Translations under genes and position numbers: made by a program
The notes under the pieces: generated by a model
Database searches by the model: none
What the model saw: only the letters and a program-made list of their open reading frames with translations
What the model was told of the DNA's origin: nothing
NCBI GenBank assembly: GCA_016283615.1
Contig: JAEENG010000071.1
Coordinates: forward strand, 4,768-68,767
Direction: 5' to 3'
Length of the DNA stretch: 64,000 bases
Origin: Treponema sp.
GTDB taxonomy: Bacteria; Spirochaetota; Spirochaetia; Treponematales; Treponemataceae
Part shown: one piece after another, positions 48,209-57,028 of the stretch
Layout of the letters: each line of letters begins with the position of its first letter
Numbering within the stretch: the first letter of the stretch is position 1

Positions 48209-48235
48209 TCAAGTCGGTTTAAAAAAAGCCGAAAT
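48209..48235 (+). promoter_or_regulatory. sigma28-type promoter upstream of flgD
   Basis: TCAA-N15-GCCGAAAT in the fliK-flgD gap. Confidence 0.6.
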
Positions 48236-48295
48236 TTATAAAGCAAGGTTCATCTGCCATGCGGATGAACTTAAAAAATTGATGGGAGTAACTGA

Positions 48296-48736
48296 ATGGA
48301 TTTTACAGCTACGATGAGTGCAAGCGAAAAACTGCAGACACAGACTGCAGTTGATTCGTTTAACAAAACACTGACAGTAAACGGACGTAAGGCCAGTAAT
48401 GAATTGGGCAAGGATGACTTTCTTAAAATTTTGATTGCTCAGCTTTCAAATCAGGACCCTACAAGTCCTCTCGAGAATACTGAATTTATCGCCCAGATGG
48501 CACAGTTCAGTTCACTCGAACAGATGACAAACATGAGTCAGAGTTTTGAAAAGATGAGTACTCTTATCAATTCAAGCGAAGCTCAGTCAATGCTCGGCCG
48601 CAGGGTTGACCTTGATTTAGGCGATACTTCTGCAACGGGCGTTGTTGAAGGAGCAACACGCGGATTATCTCCGCGCATTCTGGTAAACGGCATGTATTAC
48701 AGCATGAATCAGATCAAAGCTGTTTACGATAACTGA
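48296..48736 (+). CDS. flgD: Flagellar hook capping protein FlgD
   Basis: LGKDDFLKILIAQLSNQDPTSP...QMAQFSSLEQM. Confidence 0.95.
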   Translation: MDFTATMSASEKLQTQTAVDSFNKTLTVNGRKASNELGKDDFLKILIAQLSNQDPTSPLENTEFIAQMAQFSSLEQMTNMSQSFEKMSTLINSSEAQSMLGRRVDLDLGDTSATGVVEGATRGLSPRILVNGMYYSMNQIKAVYDN

Positions 48737-48767
48737 TAATTTAAGAATTTAAAACGAGGGTAGCAAT

Positions 48768-50159
48768 ATGATGAGATCACTTTATTCTGGAGTATCCGGT
48801 CTTCAGAATCACCAGACAAGAATGGATGTTATTGGTAACAACATTTCCAACGTTAACACAACAGGTTTTAAAAGAGGCCGTGTTAACTTCCAGGACATGA
48901 TCAGCCAGCAACTCAGCGGAGCCGCAAAACCAACTGACGAAATCGGTGGTGTAAACCCTAAAGAAGTCGGCCTTGGTATGACTGTAGCTTCAATCGACAC
49001 AGTATTTACTCAGGGTAACCTGCAGTCAACAGGTATCGCAACCGATGTTGCAATCCAGGGTAATGGATTCTTCCTCGAAAAGAACGGCGAAAAATCTTAT
49101 TACACACGTGCCGGTGCTTTCAGCCTTGACTCTGATGGAACTCTTGTAAACCCTGCAAACGGTTACCGCGTTCAGGGATGGATGGCACGCCAGATTGACG
49201 GCGAAACAGTTTTACAGACAGCTGCAAGCCCTGAAGATCTTATCATTCCTGTAGGTTCAAAAGACCCTGCAAAAGCTACAGCAAATGTAAACTTTGCATG
49301 TAACCTCGATAAAAATACACCGGAAATTCCAGAAGGTGCAAATGCGGCAGATATCGCAAAAGGCACATGGAATACAGAATTCAAAGTTTACGACAGCTTT
49401 GGTAATACACACCTTCTTTCTGTAAACTTTACCCGCGTTGTAGGAAATCCTAACCAGTGGCGTGCTGATGTTCAGATCGATGCTGACAATGCAGACTTTA
49501 CACAGACACGCGTTGGTCTTAATACAACAGACGGAACAGACAACTACTTCTTCGTTAACTTTGACAATACTGGAACTTTGCAGTCTGTAACTGACTCGGT
49601 TGGAAACGTAACAAATCCGACCGGAGAAATCATCCTTCAGGCTTCTTACACAGTTCCTGAAGCAAATGCAAACGAAGACGGAACTCCATACCGCCAGACA
49701 ATGAACATCAACCTTGGTACAATCGGAAGCCAGAAAAACACTGTAACTCAGAGCGCTTCAAAGTCTTCTACAAAGGCTTTCTACCAGGACGGTTATACAA
49801 TGGGTTATCTTGATAACTTTAAGATTGACTCGTCAGGTGTAATCACAGGTGTTTATTCAAACGGTACAAACCGTACAATCGGTCAGCTTGCCCTTGCAAC
49901 ATTTACAAACCAGAACGGTCTTGAAAAAGCCGGAAACAACACTTATGTAGAAAGCAACAACTCAGGTCTTGCTAACATCGGTGCATCCGGTATCGCAGGA
50001 AAGGGAAGCCTCCTGGCCGGCGCACTGGAAATGTCAAACGTTGACTTGTCTGAACAGTTTACAGACATGATCGTAACACAGCGCGGTTTCCAGTCAAACG
50101 CAAAGACAATTCAGACAGCTGATACACTTCTTGAAACTGTACTCAGCCTCAAACGATAA
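48768..50159 (+). CDS. flgE: Flagellar hook protein FlgE
   Basis: [46 protein letters not shown]. Confidence 0.97.
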   Translation: MMRSLYSGVSGLQNHQTRMDVIGNNISNVNTTGFKRGRVNFQDMISQQLSGAAKPTDEIGGVNPKEVGLGMTVASIDTVFTQGNLQSTGIATDVAIQGNGFFLEKNGEKSYYTRAGAFSLDSDGTLVNPANGYRVQGWMARQIDGETVLQTAASPEDLIIPVGSKDPAKATANVNFACNLDKNTPEIPEGANAADIAKGTWNTEFKVYDSFGNTHLLSVNFTRVVGNPNQWRADVQIDADNADFTQTRVGLNTTDGTDNYFFVNFDNTGTLQSVTDSVGNVTNPTGEIILQASYTVPEANANEDGTPYRQTMNINLGTIGSQKNTVTQSASKSSTKAFYQDGYTMGYLDNFKIDSSGVITGVYSNGTNRTIGQLALATFTNQNGLEKAGNNTYVESNNSGLANIGASGIAGKGSLLAGALEMSNVDLSEQFTDMIVTQRGFQSNAKTIQTADTLLETVLSLKR

Positions 50160-50182
50160 TCAGTTTGATTAACTGATACAAA

Positions 50183-50210
50183 CCGCTCTCGAAAGGGGGC
50201 GGGTTTTTTT
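50183..50210 (+). terminator. Intrinsic terminator after flgE
   Basis: CCGCTCTC-GAAA-GGGGGCGG followed by G and T7. Confidence 0.85.
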
Positions 50211-50247
50211 ATATAATTGGATTATTCAATTAAATAGAACAAACAGA

Positions 50248-51171
50248 ATGAAAGTTTCCGACTTTTACAAATCAATTTTTGGCTTTAAAGTTTACAAAGT
50301 TTCTCTTGATGCAGGCTGTACCTGCCCGAACCGTGACGGGACAAAGGGAAGGGGAGGCTGTCTTTTTTGCAGCAGGGCCGGTTCGGGAGAATTTGCTTCG
50401 GATAAAAAGCTTTCTATTACAGAGCAGTTGAACAGCGGAATTCAAAAAGTTGTAAAAAAAGCCTCAGGCAGAAGCGGCAAAAACGAACATAAGTTTATTG
50501 CATACTTTCAGAACTTTACTTCGACTTACGGGGATCAAACAATCCTGATTCAAAAATACCGGGAGTCACTCTCACATCCCAATGTTACCGGAATTTCGAT
50601 TGCAACACGCCCGGACTGTCTTTCTGATAAAATAATTGAATTCATTTCTGATATTTCAAATCAAACTTTTGTCCAGATTGAACTTGGCCTCCAGACTGCA
50701 AACCCGGAAACTTCAAAGCAGATGAATATTCAATATGATTACCGTGATTATGAAGAAGTCGTAAGCCGAATCAAAACTGCCGCCCCAAAAGTTCATCTGG
50801 TTACGCATCTGATATTCGGTTTACCCGGAGAAAGCGCCTCTGACATGCTTAAAAGCGTTCAATTTGTAAACCTGATTAATACCCAGGCCTGCCGCAATCT
50901 TTCGGAAAGAGATAAATTTTTCGGGATAAAAATCACTGAGTTATTTATCGTCTCTGATGCTCCGTTAATTGAATCCTACAGGGAAGGAAAAATAAAGGTT
51001 CTTGAAATTGATGAATATTTTAACCTGGTTAAACAGGCACTTAAAATGCTCGATAAAACCTGCATAATCCACAGGCTTACAGGCGATCCGCCCCTTAAAA
51101 CTCTTGTGGCACCTGAGTGGTCGCGGGATAAAAAACGCCTTCTTTCCAGAGTGAATTCAATTCTTCCATAA
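50248..51171 (+). CDS. Radical SAM protein, YhcC/TIGR01212 family
   Basis: CPNRDGTKGRGGCLFC, AYFQNFT, IATRPDC, ELGLQT, IHRLTGD. Confidence 0.9.
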   Translation: MKVSDFYKSIFGFKVYKVSLDAGCTCPNRDGTKGRGGCLFCSRAGSGEFASDKKLSITEQLNSGIQKVVKKASGRSGKNEHKFIAYFQNFTSTYGDQTILIQKYRESLSHPNVTGISIATRPDCLSDKIIEFISDISNQTFVQIELGLQTANPETSKQMNIQYDYRDYEEVVSRIKTAAPKVHLVTHLIFGLPGESASDMLKSVQFVNLINTQACRNLSERDKFFGIKITELFIVSDAPLIESYREGKIKVLEIDEYFNLVKQALKMLDKTCIIHRLTGDPPLKTLVAPEWSRDKKRLLSRVNSILP

Positions 51172-51330
51172 AAGACATTATTGTACAAATTCACCAACAG
51201 ATTAAATTCTTCATTTTTGATATAGTACAATTACCAAAAAATTTTCAAAATTTTTTGGCCGAATTGCGTTGCAGTTTGGACTAAAAGTTATACATGCCGG
51301 GTTACCGGATTTTGTCGGGGGAAAAGATTT

Positions 51331-53496
51331 ATGAATCTTTCCGTATTGCTTTTGCTTGCTGCCTGTCTGGCACTTGCTTACGCTACATTTAACTTCTTCA
51401 AGGTAAAAAAACTTGAAGAAGGAAACGAAACAATGCAGAAAATTGCTGCATACATTCGTGGGGGTGCTAATACCTTTATTAGCATTGAATATAGAATTCT
51501 TGCAATCGTAGTTCTTATCGTTGCAGTAATTGTTTGGCTCGCTCTTGACTGGTACGTTTCTGCTGCCTTGATTCTTGGCTCTGTTATGTCAGGGCTGGCA
51601 GGTCTTGTTGGTATGAAAATTGCCACTTATGCAAACGTTCGTGTTACAAACGAAGCAAACAAAACAAAGAATATCGGTCAGACTTTGAAAGTTGCTTTCC
51701 GCGGTGGTTCTGTAATGGGACTCTGTGTTGCAGGTTTTGCTCTTCTTGGTCTTTCAATTGTTGTAATCGTTTTTGGTTATGTTCTCGGCTGGATTGATCT
51801 TACAACTACAACTCCGGCATGGCTCACAAAAATTCAGCTCGTAAAATTCCCTAACGTTCTTACAGGATACGCTCTCGGCTGTTCAATGGTTGCTATGTTC
51901 AACCGTGTTGGCGGTGGTATTTATACAAAAGCTGCTGATATGGGTGCTGACCTCGTTGGTAAAACAGAAGCTCACATTCCAGAAGATGATCCTCGTAACC
52001 CAGCTACAATCGCTGATAACGTTGGTGATAACGTAGGTGACGTTGCAGGTCTTGGTTCTGACCTTCTTGAATCTTATGTAGCATCTATCGTTGCTGCAAT
52101 CGCTCTCGGATATAACCTTATCAAACATGCAAATGTTGCCGGTGAATCTTTGTCAGCTCTTTACACATATCCGCTGGCATTCGCTGCCCTCGGACTTATT
52201 TCTTGTGTTGTTGGTGTTGCATCACTTCTCGTACGCAACCTTTCTAAATCAAAGAATGTTCACAGCCAGTTGAATGGTGCAACTTATGTTGGTGCAGCCC
52301 TTACACTCGTTGCAGGTGCTGTTCTTGCTTACAAACTTTTTGCTGGCACTGTTGACTATAAAGACCTCGGATTCAAGTTTGGTGCTCTTTCACCATGGAT
52401 TGGTGCTGCTGTAGGTATTATTGCAGGTATTCTTATCGGTATCCTCGCTGAATACTACACATCAAGCGACTACAAACCAACAAAGGTTCTCGCAGAAGCT
52501 TCTAAAGAAGGTCCAGCTCTTACAATTACATCCGGTCTTGCTCTCGGTATGCGTTCATGTATGGCTCCTTGTATCGTTCTCGGACTCGGTATTATCGTAG
52601 CATACTACACAGCAGGTCTCTACGGCGTTGCTATGTCAGCTATGGGTATGCTTTCTTTCGTAGCACTTACAGTTTCTGTTGATACATACGGCCCGATTTC
52701 TGATAATGCCGGTGGTATTGCCGAAATGAGTGAACTTGATGAAAGTGTTCGTGATATTACTGATACTCTCGATGCTGTTGGTAACACAACTGCTGCTATC
52801 GGTAAGGGATTTGCTATCGGTTCCGGTGGTCTTGCAGCACTCGCTCTCATGCTTTCTTATATGTATTCTCTTCCTGGAGAATCAGTTGTTAACGGTCTTC
52901 CAACCCTTAACATTATGGAACCAATGACACTTGCCGGAGCAATTGTTGGTGGTGCCCTTCCATTCTTCTTCTCAGGTATGCTTATCGACGCTGTTGCAAT
53001 CGCAGCACGCAAGATGGTAGAAGAAGTTCGCCGCCAGTTCAGGGAACACCCGGCTATCCTCGAAGGTAAGGAAGATCCTGATCACAACACATGTATCAAG
53101 ATTTCTACAGAAGGTTCTATCGGACAGATGAAGGTTCCTGCTTTGATGGCAGTAATCATCCCTGTTGTTGCAGGTCTCCTCTTCGGTGCACATTTTGTCG
53201 GCGGTATCCTTATCGGTTCAACAATCGCATCAATCATGATCGCTATCTTTACTGGTAACGCTGGTGGTGCATGGGATAACGGTAAAAAATACATCGAACA
53301 GGGTGGTATTCCTGGTGCAGGTAAGGGAACTCCTGTACATGATGCAGCTGTAGTAGGTGACACTGTTGGTGACCCTCTCAAAGATACTGTAGGTCCATGT
53401 ATGGATATCTTTATCAAGATTATGTCTACAGTTTCTCTCGTTGCAGTAAGTGTATTCTCTAAATACAACTTGTGGGCAGTTTTGTTCAACAACTAG
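51331..53496 (+). CDS. hppA: Membrane-bound ion-translocating pyrophosphatase, K+-dependent, probably Na+-pumping
   Basis: GGIYTKAADMGADLVGK, IPEDDPRNPATIADNVGDNVGD, DLLES, GNTTAAIGKG, GDTVGDPLKDT. Confidence 0.95.
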   Translation: MNLSVLLLLAACLALAYATFNFFKVKKLEEGNETMQKIAAYIRGGANTFISIEYRILAIVVLIVAVIVWLALDWYVSAALILGSVMSGLAGLVGMKIATYANVRVTNEANKTKNIGQTLKVAFRGGSVMGLCVAGFALLGLSIVVIVFGYVLGWIDLTTTTPAWLTKIQLVKFPNVLTGYALGCSMVAMFNRVGGGIYTKAADMGADLVGKTEAHIPEDDPRNPATIADNVGDNVGDVAGLGSDLLESYVASIVAAIALGYNLIKHANVAGESLSALYTYPLAFAALGLISCVVGVASLLVRNLSKSKNVHSQLNGATYVGAALTLVAGAVLAYKLFAGTVDYKDLGFKFGALSPWIGAAVGIIAGILIGILAEYYTSSDYKPTKVLAEASKEGPALTITSGLALGMRSCMAPCIVLGLGIIVAYYTAGLYGVAMSAMGMLSFVALTVSVDTYGPISDNAGGIAEMSELDESVRDITDTLDAVGNTTAAIGKGFAIGSGGLAALALMLSYMYSLPGESVVNGLPTLNIMEPMTLAGAIVGGALPFFFSGMLIDAVAIAARKMVEEVRRQFREHPAILEGKEDPDHNTCIKISTEGSIGQMKVPALMAVIIPVVAGLLFGAHFVGGILIGSTIASIMIAIFTGNAGGAWDNGKKYIEQGGIPGAGKGTPVHDAAVVGDTVGDPLKDTVGPCMDIFIKIMSTVSLVAVSVFSKYNLWAVLFNN

Positions 53497-53519
53497 TCCA
53501 TAATTAACTGATAAAACAG

Positions 53520-53595
53520 AAGGCCTTAAGTTCTGTGCGTTGCACTGGTGCGCTGCACTATGGTGCGCTGCACTATGACTTAAGGCCTTTTTTTT
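53520..53595 (+). terminator. Terminator after hppA with an expanded, repeat-filled loop
   Basis: Stem AAGGCCTTAAGT/ACTTAAGGCCTT followed by a T run. Confidence 0.75.
53535..53576. repeat. Short tandem repeat: two exact 15-mers GGTGCGCTGCACTAT plus one degenerate copy GTGCGTTGCACT
   Basis: Directly visible; each unit is a mini-palindrome GTGC-N3-GCAC. Confidence 0.85.
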
Positions 53596-53677
53596 ATGTA
53601 AACACAAAATGCTGGGTTTTGTTTACTGCAATCTGAATCCCGGCTGCAGCCGGTATGTGTTCCTTTTTTATCTGAAT

Positions 53678-55762
53678 TTATACCTTGAACAGGTCAATCT
53701 GGGAACCGATCTGCATGATTGAAGATTCAACCTGTTTTGAAACATCACCGAGTGAGGCTCCCGTATCGTTAATCTTCTTTGCACCGATTTCCATTTCATT
53801 CATGCTGGTGTTCATCAATTCTGTTGCTTCACTCAAGTTTGTCATTTCAGAAACGATGTGGTCGCTTTCCTTTGCCATTAAGTGGGAAGAATCACGAACT
53901 TCAGCACTGGTGTTATTCAAATCGCGCAGGGCTTCGATAATCTGTTTTGAACCTTCATCCTGTTCTTCCATAGCCGAATGAATATGGAGAACGAGCTGAT
54001 CGGTCTCTTTAAGGCGCGTAGACACGTCTGAGAGGGCCGTGCTGGCCTCTTCTGAGGAAGAAACGACATCCAGTATGGATGACTGTATATTGTTGAGCTG
54101 GTCGCCGATTATGTGCGACTGGGAAGAAGATGTTTCTGAAAGCTTTCGGATTTCGTCTGCAACAACCGCAAAACCTTTACCTGCTTCTCCCGCGTGAGCT
54201 GCTTCGATTGCCGCGTTCATGGCCAGGAGGTTTGTCTGTTCAGCGATTGCAGAGATAGCGGCATTTGCTTCCTGGAGCATCTGTGACTGCTCTTCAATCT
54301 GTTTGATTCGGTCATTTACATTAGCCTGCTTTGTAAAGCCGATTTCGGCATTTGACTGGAGGCTTGAGAAAGACTCTGACATCTTTTCTACAGACTTCTT
54401 TACGGAAGAAATGTTGCCAATCATCTCTTCTACGGCCGCAGAGGCTTCTGTAACGCTTGCAGACTGTTCTGAAATGAGCTGGTCAAGGTTTGAGATGGAA
54501 GTAGAAATTGATTTAACGGATTCGTTTGTAGTTGCAACGCTCGTACCCTGATTTGTAATCTGGTTGTGTATGCTTTTGATATTTGCAATGATTTCTGTAA
54601 TTGAACTTGCCGTATCTTCCGTGCCTGCGTTGAGGCTTTCTCCGTTGATTTGAAGTTCAGCCTTTGCATCCTTGAGGTTACCCATCAGCGCATGAAGTTT
54701 TTCCATAAAGTTGTTGAAGTTTGTAACAAGGCCGCCGATTTCATCATTCAGGTCGGCCGGACACCTCTGAGTCAAATCTGCGTCTTTTTCTGAAAGGTCT
54801 TTCAGGAAGAAACTTACAGTGTTGATTCGTCTGATGAGCCATTTTGTAAACATATATGTTGCAAGAATTACAAGAAGAACGAGAATAAAGACAATCGGAG
54901 TTACAATCCTGATTGTCTTTGTTCGTACCTGCTGGATTAATTCGAGGGATTTTGCAACAAAGAGCATACCTGTTACAGAACCGTTAAAACCTTTTAAAGG
55001 AATATAATTTGTATAGTAATCGATTCCTTTGATTGTATTATTTCCGTCGTATTCAATTCCCAGATTGATAACCTGATTTACAATGTTCTGGTTTTCAAGT
55101 GTTGTTCCTATTAAGTCCTCGCCCAGAGAAGTTGCCATTCGTTCGGTGCCCTTGAAAATTGTACATTCAACTCCAAAGTTATTATTAACGATTGGAACAA
55201 AGCAGTCTTCTTCCATATCTGTCAAATCGTATCCGGTTACAACACATCCGAGTGTTCTTTTTCCGTCACGGGCAGGGTAGGCACTTGCAATTCCATAGTG
55301 AATATCACCGATTGTCTCGTATGCGGCCCGGCTTTTTCCTTCCTTAATTGCTGCAAGAACAAAGTCGTTTGTGACTTTGGTTCCGTTGTCAATTCCATAA
55401 CCGGCAATTACAACGCCATCTGTATCTATAAAGGCAAGAATATCTATTCCGTATTCTTCGGCTTTTTCTTCGAGAATTTCTTCAGCGTCATAATCAGGGT
55501 CAAAGAAAATAGGTCTGCATTCATCATCCTGGGATACGATGCGGGAATAACGCTGAATGTTGTCCTGCCAGTCTGTCAGGATGAACTTAATACCGCTGCT
55601 CATGTGTAAAACTTCCTGAACGGTATTAGTGTTGTTTTCTTTTGCGAATGTCTGCAGGGAAAGAATCGTTGTAATAAGAGCAATCGAAATAACTGTTCCT
55701 GTGATAAAGAAAATAATCTTTGCTTTAAGAGAAAAGCTTTTTTTCTCAGTTGTATTAGCCAT
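53678..55762 (-). CDS. Methyl-accepting chemotaxis protein with Cache-type sensor and HAMP domain
   Basis: Two TMs, periplasmic Cache-like region, HAMP (DEIGGL), [36 protein letters not shown]. True start is ATG 55762 with GAGGT SD; the ORF-track extension runs through tRNA-Pro. Confidence 0.95.
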   Translation of the reverse strand: MANTTEKKSFSLKAKIIFFITGTVISIALITTILSLQTFAKENNTNTVQEVLHMSSGIKFILTDWQDNIQRYSRIVSQDDECRPIFFDPDYDAEEILEEKAEEYGIDILAFIDTDGVVIAGYGIDNGTKVTNDFVLAAIKEGKSRAAYETIGDIHYGIASAYPARDGKRTLGCVVTGYDLTDMEEDCFVPIVNNNFGVECTIFKGTERMATSLGEDLIGTTLENQNIVNQVINLGIEYDGNNTIKGIDYYTNYIPLKGFNGSVTGMLFVAKSLELIQQVRTKTIRIVTPIVFILVLLVILATYMFTKWLIRRINTVSFFLKDLSEKDADLTQRCPADLNDEIGGLVTNFNNFMEKLHALMGNLKDAKAELQINGESLNAGTEDTASSITEIIANIKSIHNQITNQGTSVATTNESVKSISTSISNLDQLISEQSASVTEASAAVEEMIGNISSVKKSVEKMSESFSSLQSNAEIGFTKQANVNDRIKQIEEQSQMLQEANAAISAIAEQTNLLAMNAAIEAAHAGEAGKGFAVVADEIRKLSETSSSQSHIIGDQLNNIQSSILDVVSSSEEASTALSDVSTRLKETDQLVLHIHSAMEEQDEGSKQIIEALRDLNNTSAEVRDSSHLMAKESDHIVSEMTNLSEATELMNTSMNEMEIGAKKINDTGASLGDVSKQVESSIMQIGSQIDLFKV

Positions 55763-55870
55763 AATACCTCTTCCCGTAATATGTTTATTATTCTTTATAT
55801 TATAAACCATATTACGAACTTTGTCGCTAAAATTCTTTTTTTTAAGGGGAAGGGCTAATCCTGTCAAATG

Positions 55871-55901
55871 AAAAAAAAAGAGCAGAACTAAAGTTCTGCT
55901 C
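55871..55901 (-). terminator. Terminator after tRNA-Pro
   Basis: GAGCAGAACT-TT-AGTTCTGCTC followed by U9 on the - strand. Confidence 0.85.
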
Positions 55902-55908
55902 GAAAAAA

Positions 55909-55981
55909 TCGGGATGACAGGATTCGAACCTGCGACATCTTGGTCCCAAACCAAGCGCGCTACCAGCTGCGCTACATCCCG
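55909..55981 (-). tRNA. tRNA-Pro (anticodon TGG)
   Basis: Acceptor CGGGATG/CATCCCG, anticodon arm CTTGG-TTTGGGA-CCAAG, T-loop TTCGAAT. Confidence 0.96.
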
Positions 55982-55985
55982 GTTG

Positions 55986-56012
55986 AAAAAAAAGACCTGA
56001 TTCAATCAGGTC
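55986..56012 (-). terminator. Terminator-like hairpin between tRNA-Val and tRNA-Pro
   Basis: GACCTGATT-G-AATCAGGTC followed by U8 on the - strand. Confidence 0.7.
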
Positions 56013-56016
56013 AGGA

Positions 56017-56089
56017 TGGACAGTGAGAGACTCGAACTCCCGACAACCTGGGTGTAAACCAGGGGCTCTACCAACTGAGCTAACTGTCC
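56017..56089 (-). tRNA. tRNA-Val (anticodon TAC)
   Basis: Acceptor GGACAGT/ACTGTCC, anticodon arm CCTGG-TTTACAC-CCAGG, T-loop TTCGAGT. Confidence 0.96.
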
Positions 56090-56110
56090 GTTTCGTCAAT
56101 CGACTTTGAT

Positions 56111-56139
56111 AATATAACAGAACCAAAAAAAAAGGTCAA
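56111..56139 (-). promoter_or_regulatory. sigma70 promoter of the tRNA-Val/Pro pair
   Basis: TTGACC-N17-TATATT with TG extension. Confidence 0.75.
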
Positions 56140-56180
56140 TAGCATTTTTACGAAATTTCAAAAAAAAGTTAATTTTTTTT

Positions 56181-56915
56181 TTATTCCGCAACAATCATTC
56201 TGTCCATATCGTTTTTGATTTCGCTTTTGAACATTACAAGGTCCATAATCTTGAGGGAAATTGTAGTGTCAAGTTCGCCGCGGACTACTGATTCTGCGGT
56301 GAGTGTTGTATCAAAAGAATATGTAATGTCATCATAGCCAGGGCATGAAACGTCAATTGTAAAACTTACTTTCTTTGTTTCTCCGTCTTTTTTGGCAGGA
56401 GTAGCGCGCGGCCAGAAGCTGTAAGTTCCTTTTGTGCTCTGGTATGTGTGGATTGGGTTTGCCCATGTCATATCGGCCATTTCAACAAGTTCGCCCTTCT
56501 GTTTGAGGGTAACTGTTGCGCCTGTGAGAGGTTCAAATGTGCTGCCTTCAAGAATTGTTCCCTGAATTGTAGGGTAGTTGAATACAGGATCTTCTGAAGC
56601 CTGAACTGTGCATTCCTTGCGGGGAGTTGAGTGGAACGGACGCTTTGTTGTGCTGACAATGCGGATTCCTTCGATGCCGAGGGCGTCGATATCAGCTTTT
56701 ACCTGAGGATCTTCCATTACGTCGCGTGCGTGTAAAACTCCGCGGCCGCTTACAACGTATTTTGGATGAATACGGTTAAGTACATAACTTATTGTATCAA
56801 GACGGCAGTTTTCGCAATCACATGTTAACCATGTTGCATTTACTTCCTTTACCTGTTCATATAACTGATTAACTCTGTATACTACTACTTCTTCCATTAG
56901 GTTATGTACGTTCAT
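56181..56915 (-). CDS. ComFB-family protein with a C-terminal beta-sandwich domain
   Basis: VHNLMEEVV...CDCENCRLDTISYVLNRIHPKYVV is the ComFB signature; C-terminal IQGTILEGSTFEPLTGATVTL resembles carboxypeptidase-regulatory-like domains. ATG 56915 with GGGGGA SD. Confidence 0.85.
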   Translation of the reverse strand: MNVHNLMEEVVVYRVNQLYEQVKEVNATWLTCDCENCRLDTISYVLNRIHPKYVVSGRGVLHARDVMEDPQVKADIDALGIEGIRIVSTTKRPFHSTPRKECTVQASEDPVFNYPTIQGTILEGSTFEPLTGATVTLKQKGELVEMADMTWANPIHTYQSTKGTYSFWPRATPAKKDGETKKVSFTIDVSCPGYDDITYSFDTTLTAESVVRGELDTTISLKIMDLVMFKSEIKNDMDRMIVAE

Positions 56916-56990
56916 CTGATTCCCCCATAAAAGTGACGGTGTGGAATCCACACCGTTACTCTATAAAACGCAACTTCTGCGGTAATTTAA

Positions 56991-57019
56991 ATTATAATCC
57001 ACAATTATTAAAATCGCAA
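56991..57019 (-). promoter_or_regulatory. sigma70 promoter of the ComFB gene
   Basis: TTGCGA-N17-TATAAT. Confidence 0.6.
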
Positions 57020-57028
57020 ATATTTATA

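Noticed and set aside
53535-53576. CRISPR-like repeat
   Set aside because: Units are 15 nt, directly adjacent with no spacers, and there are no cas genes.
55815-55850. sigma28 promoter for the MCP gene
   Set aside because: TAAA...AGCGACAA has only a 12-nt spacer and a poor -10; insufficient support.
55763-56005. 81-aa N-terminal extension of the MCP in the ORF track
   Set aside because: It runs through tRNA-Pro and its terminator; the real start is ATG 55762 with an SD.
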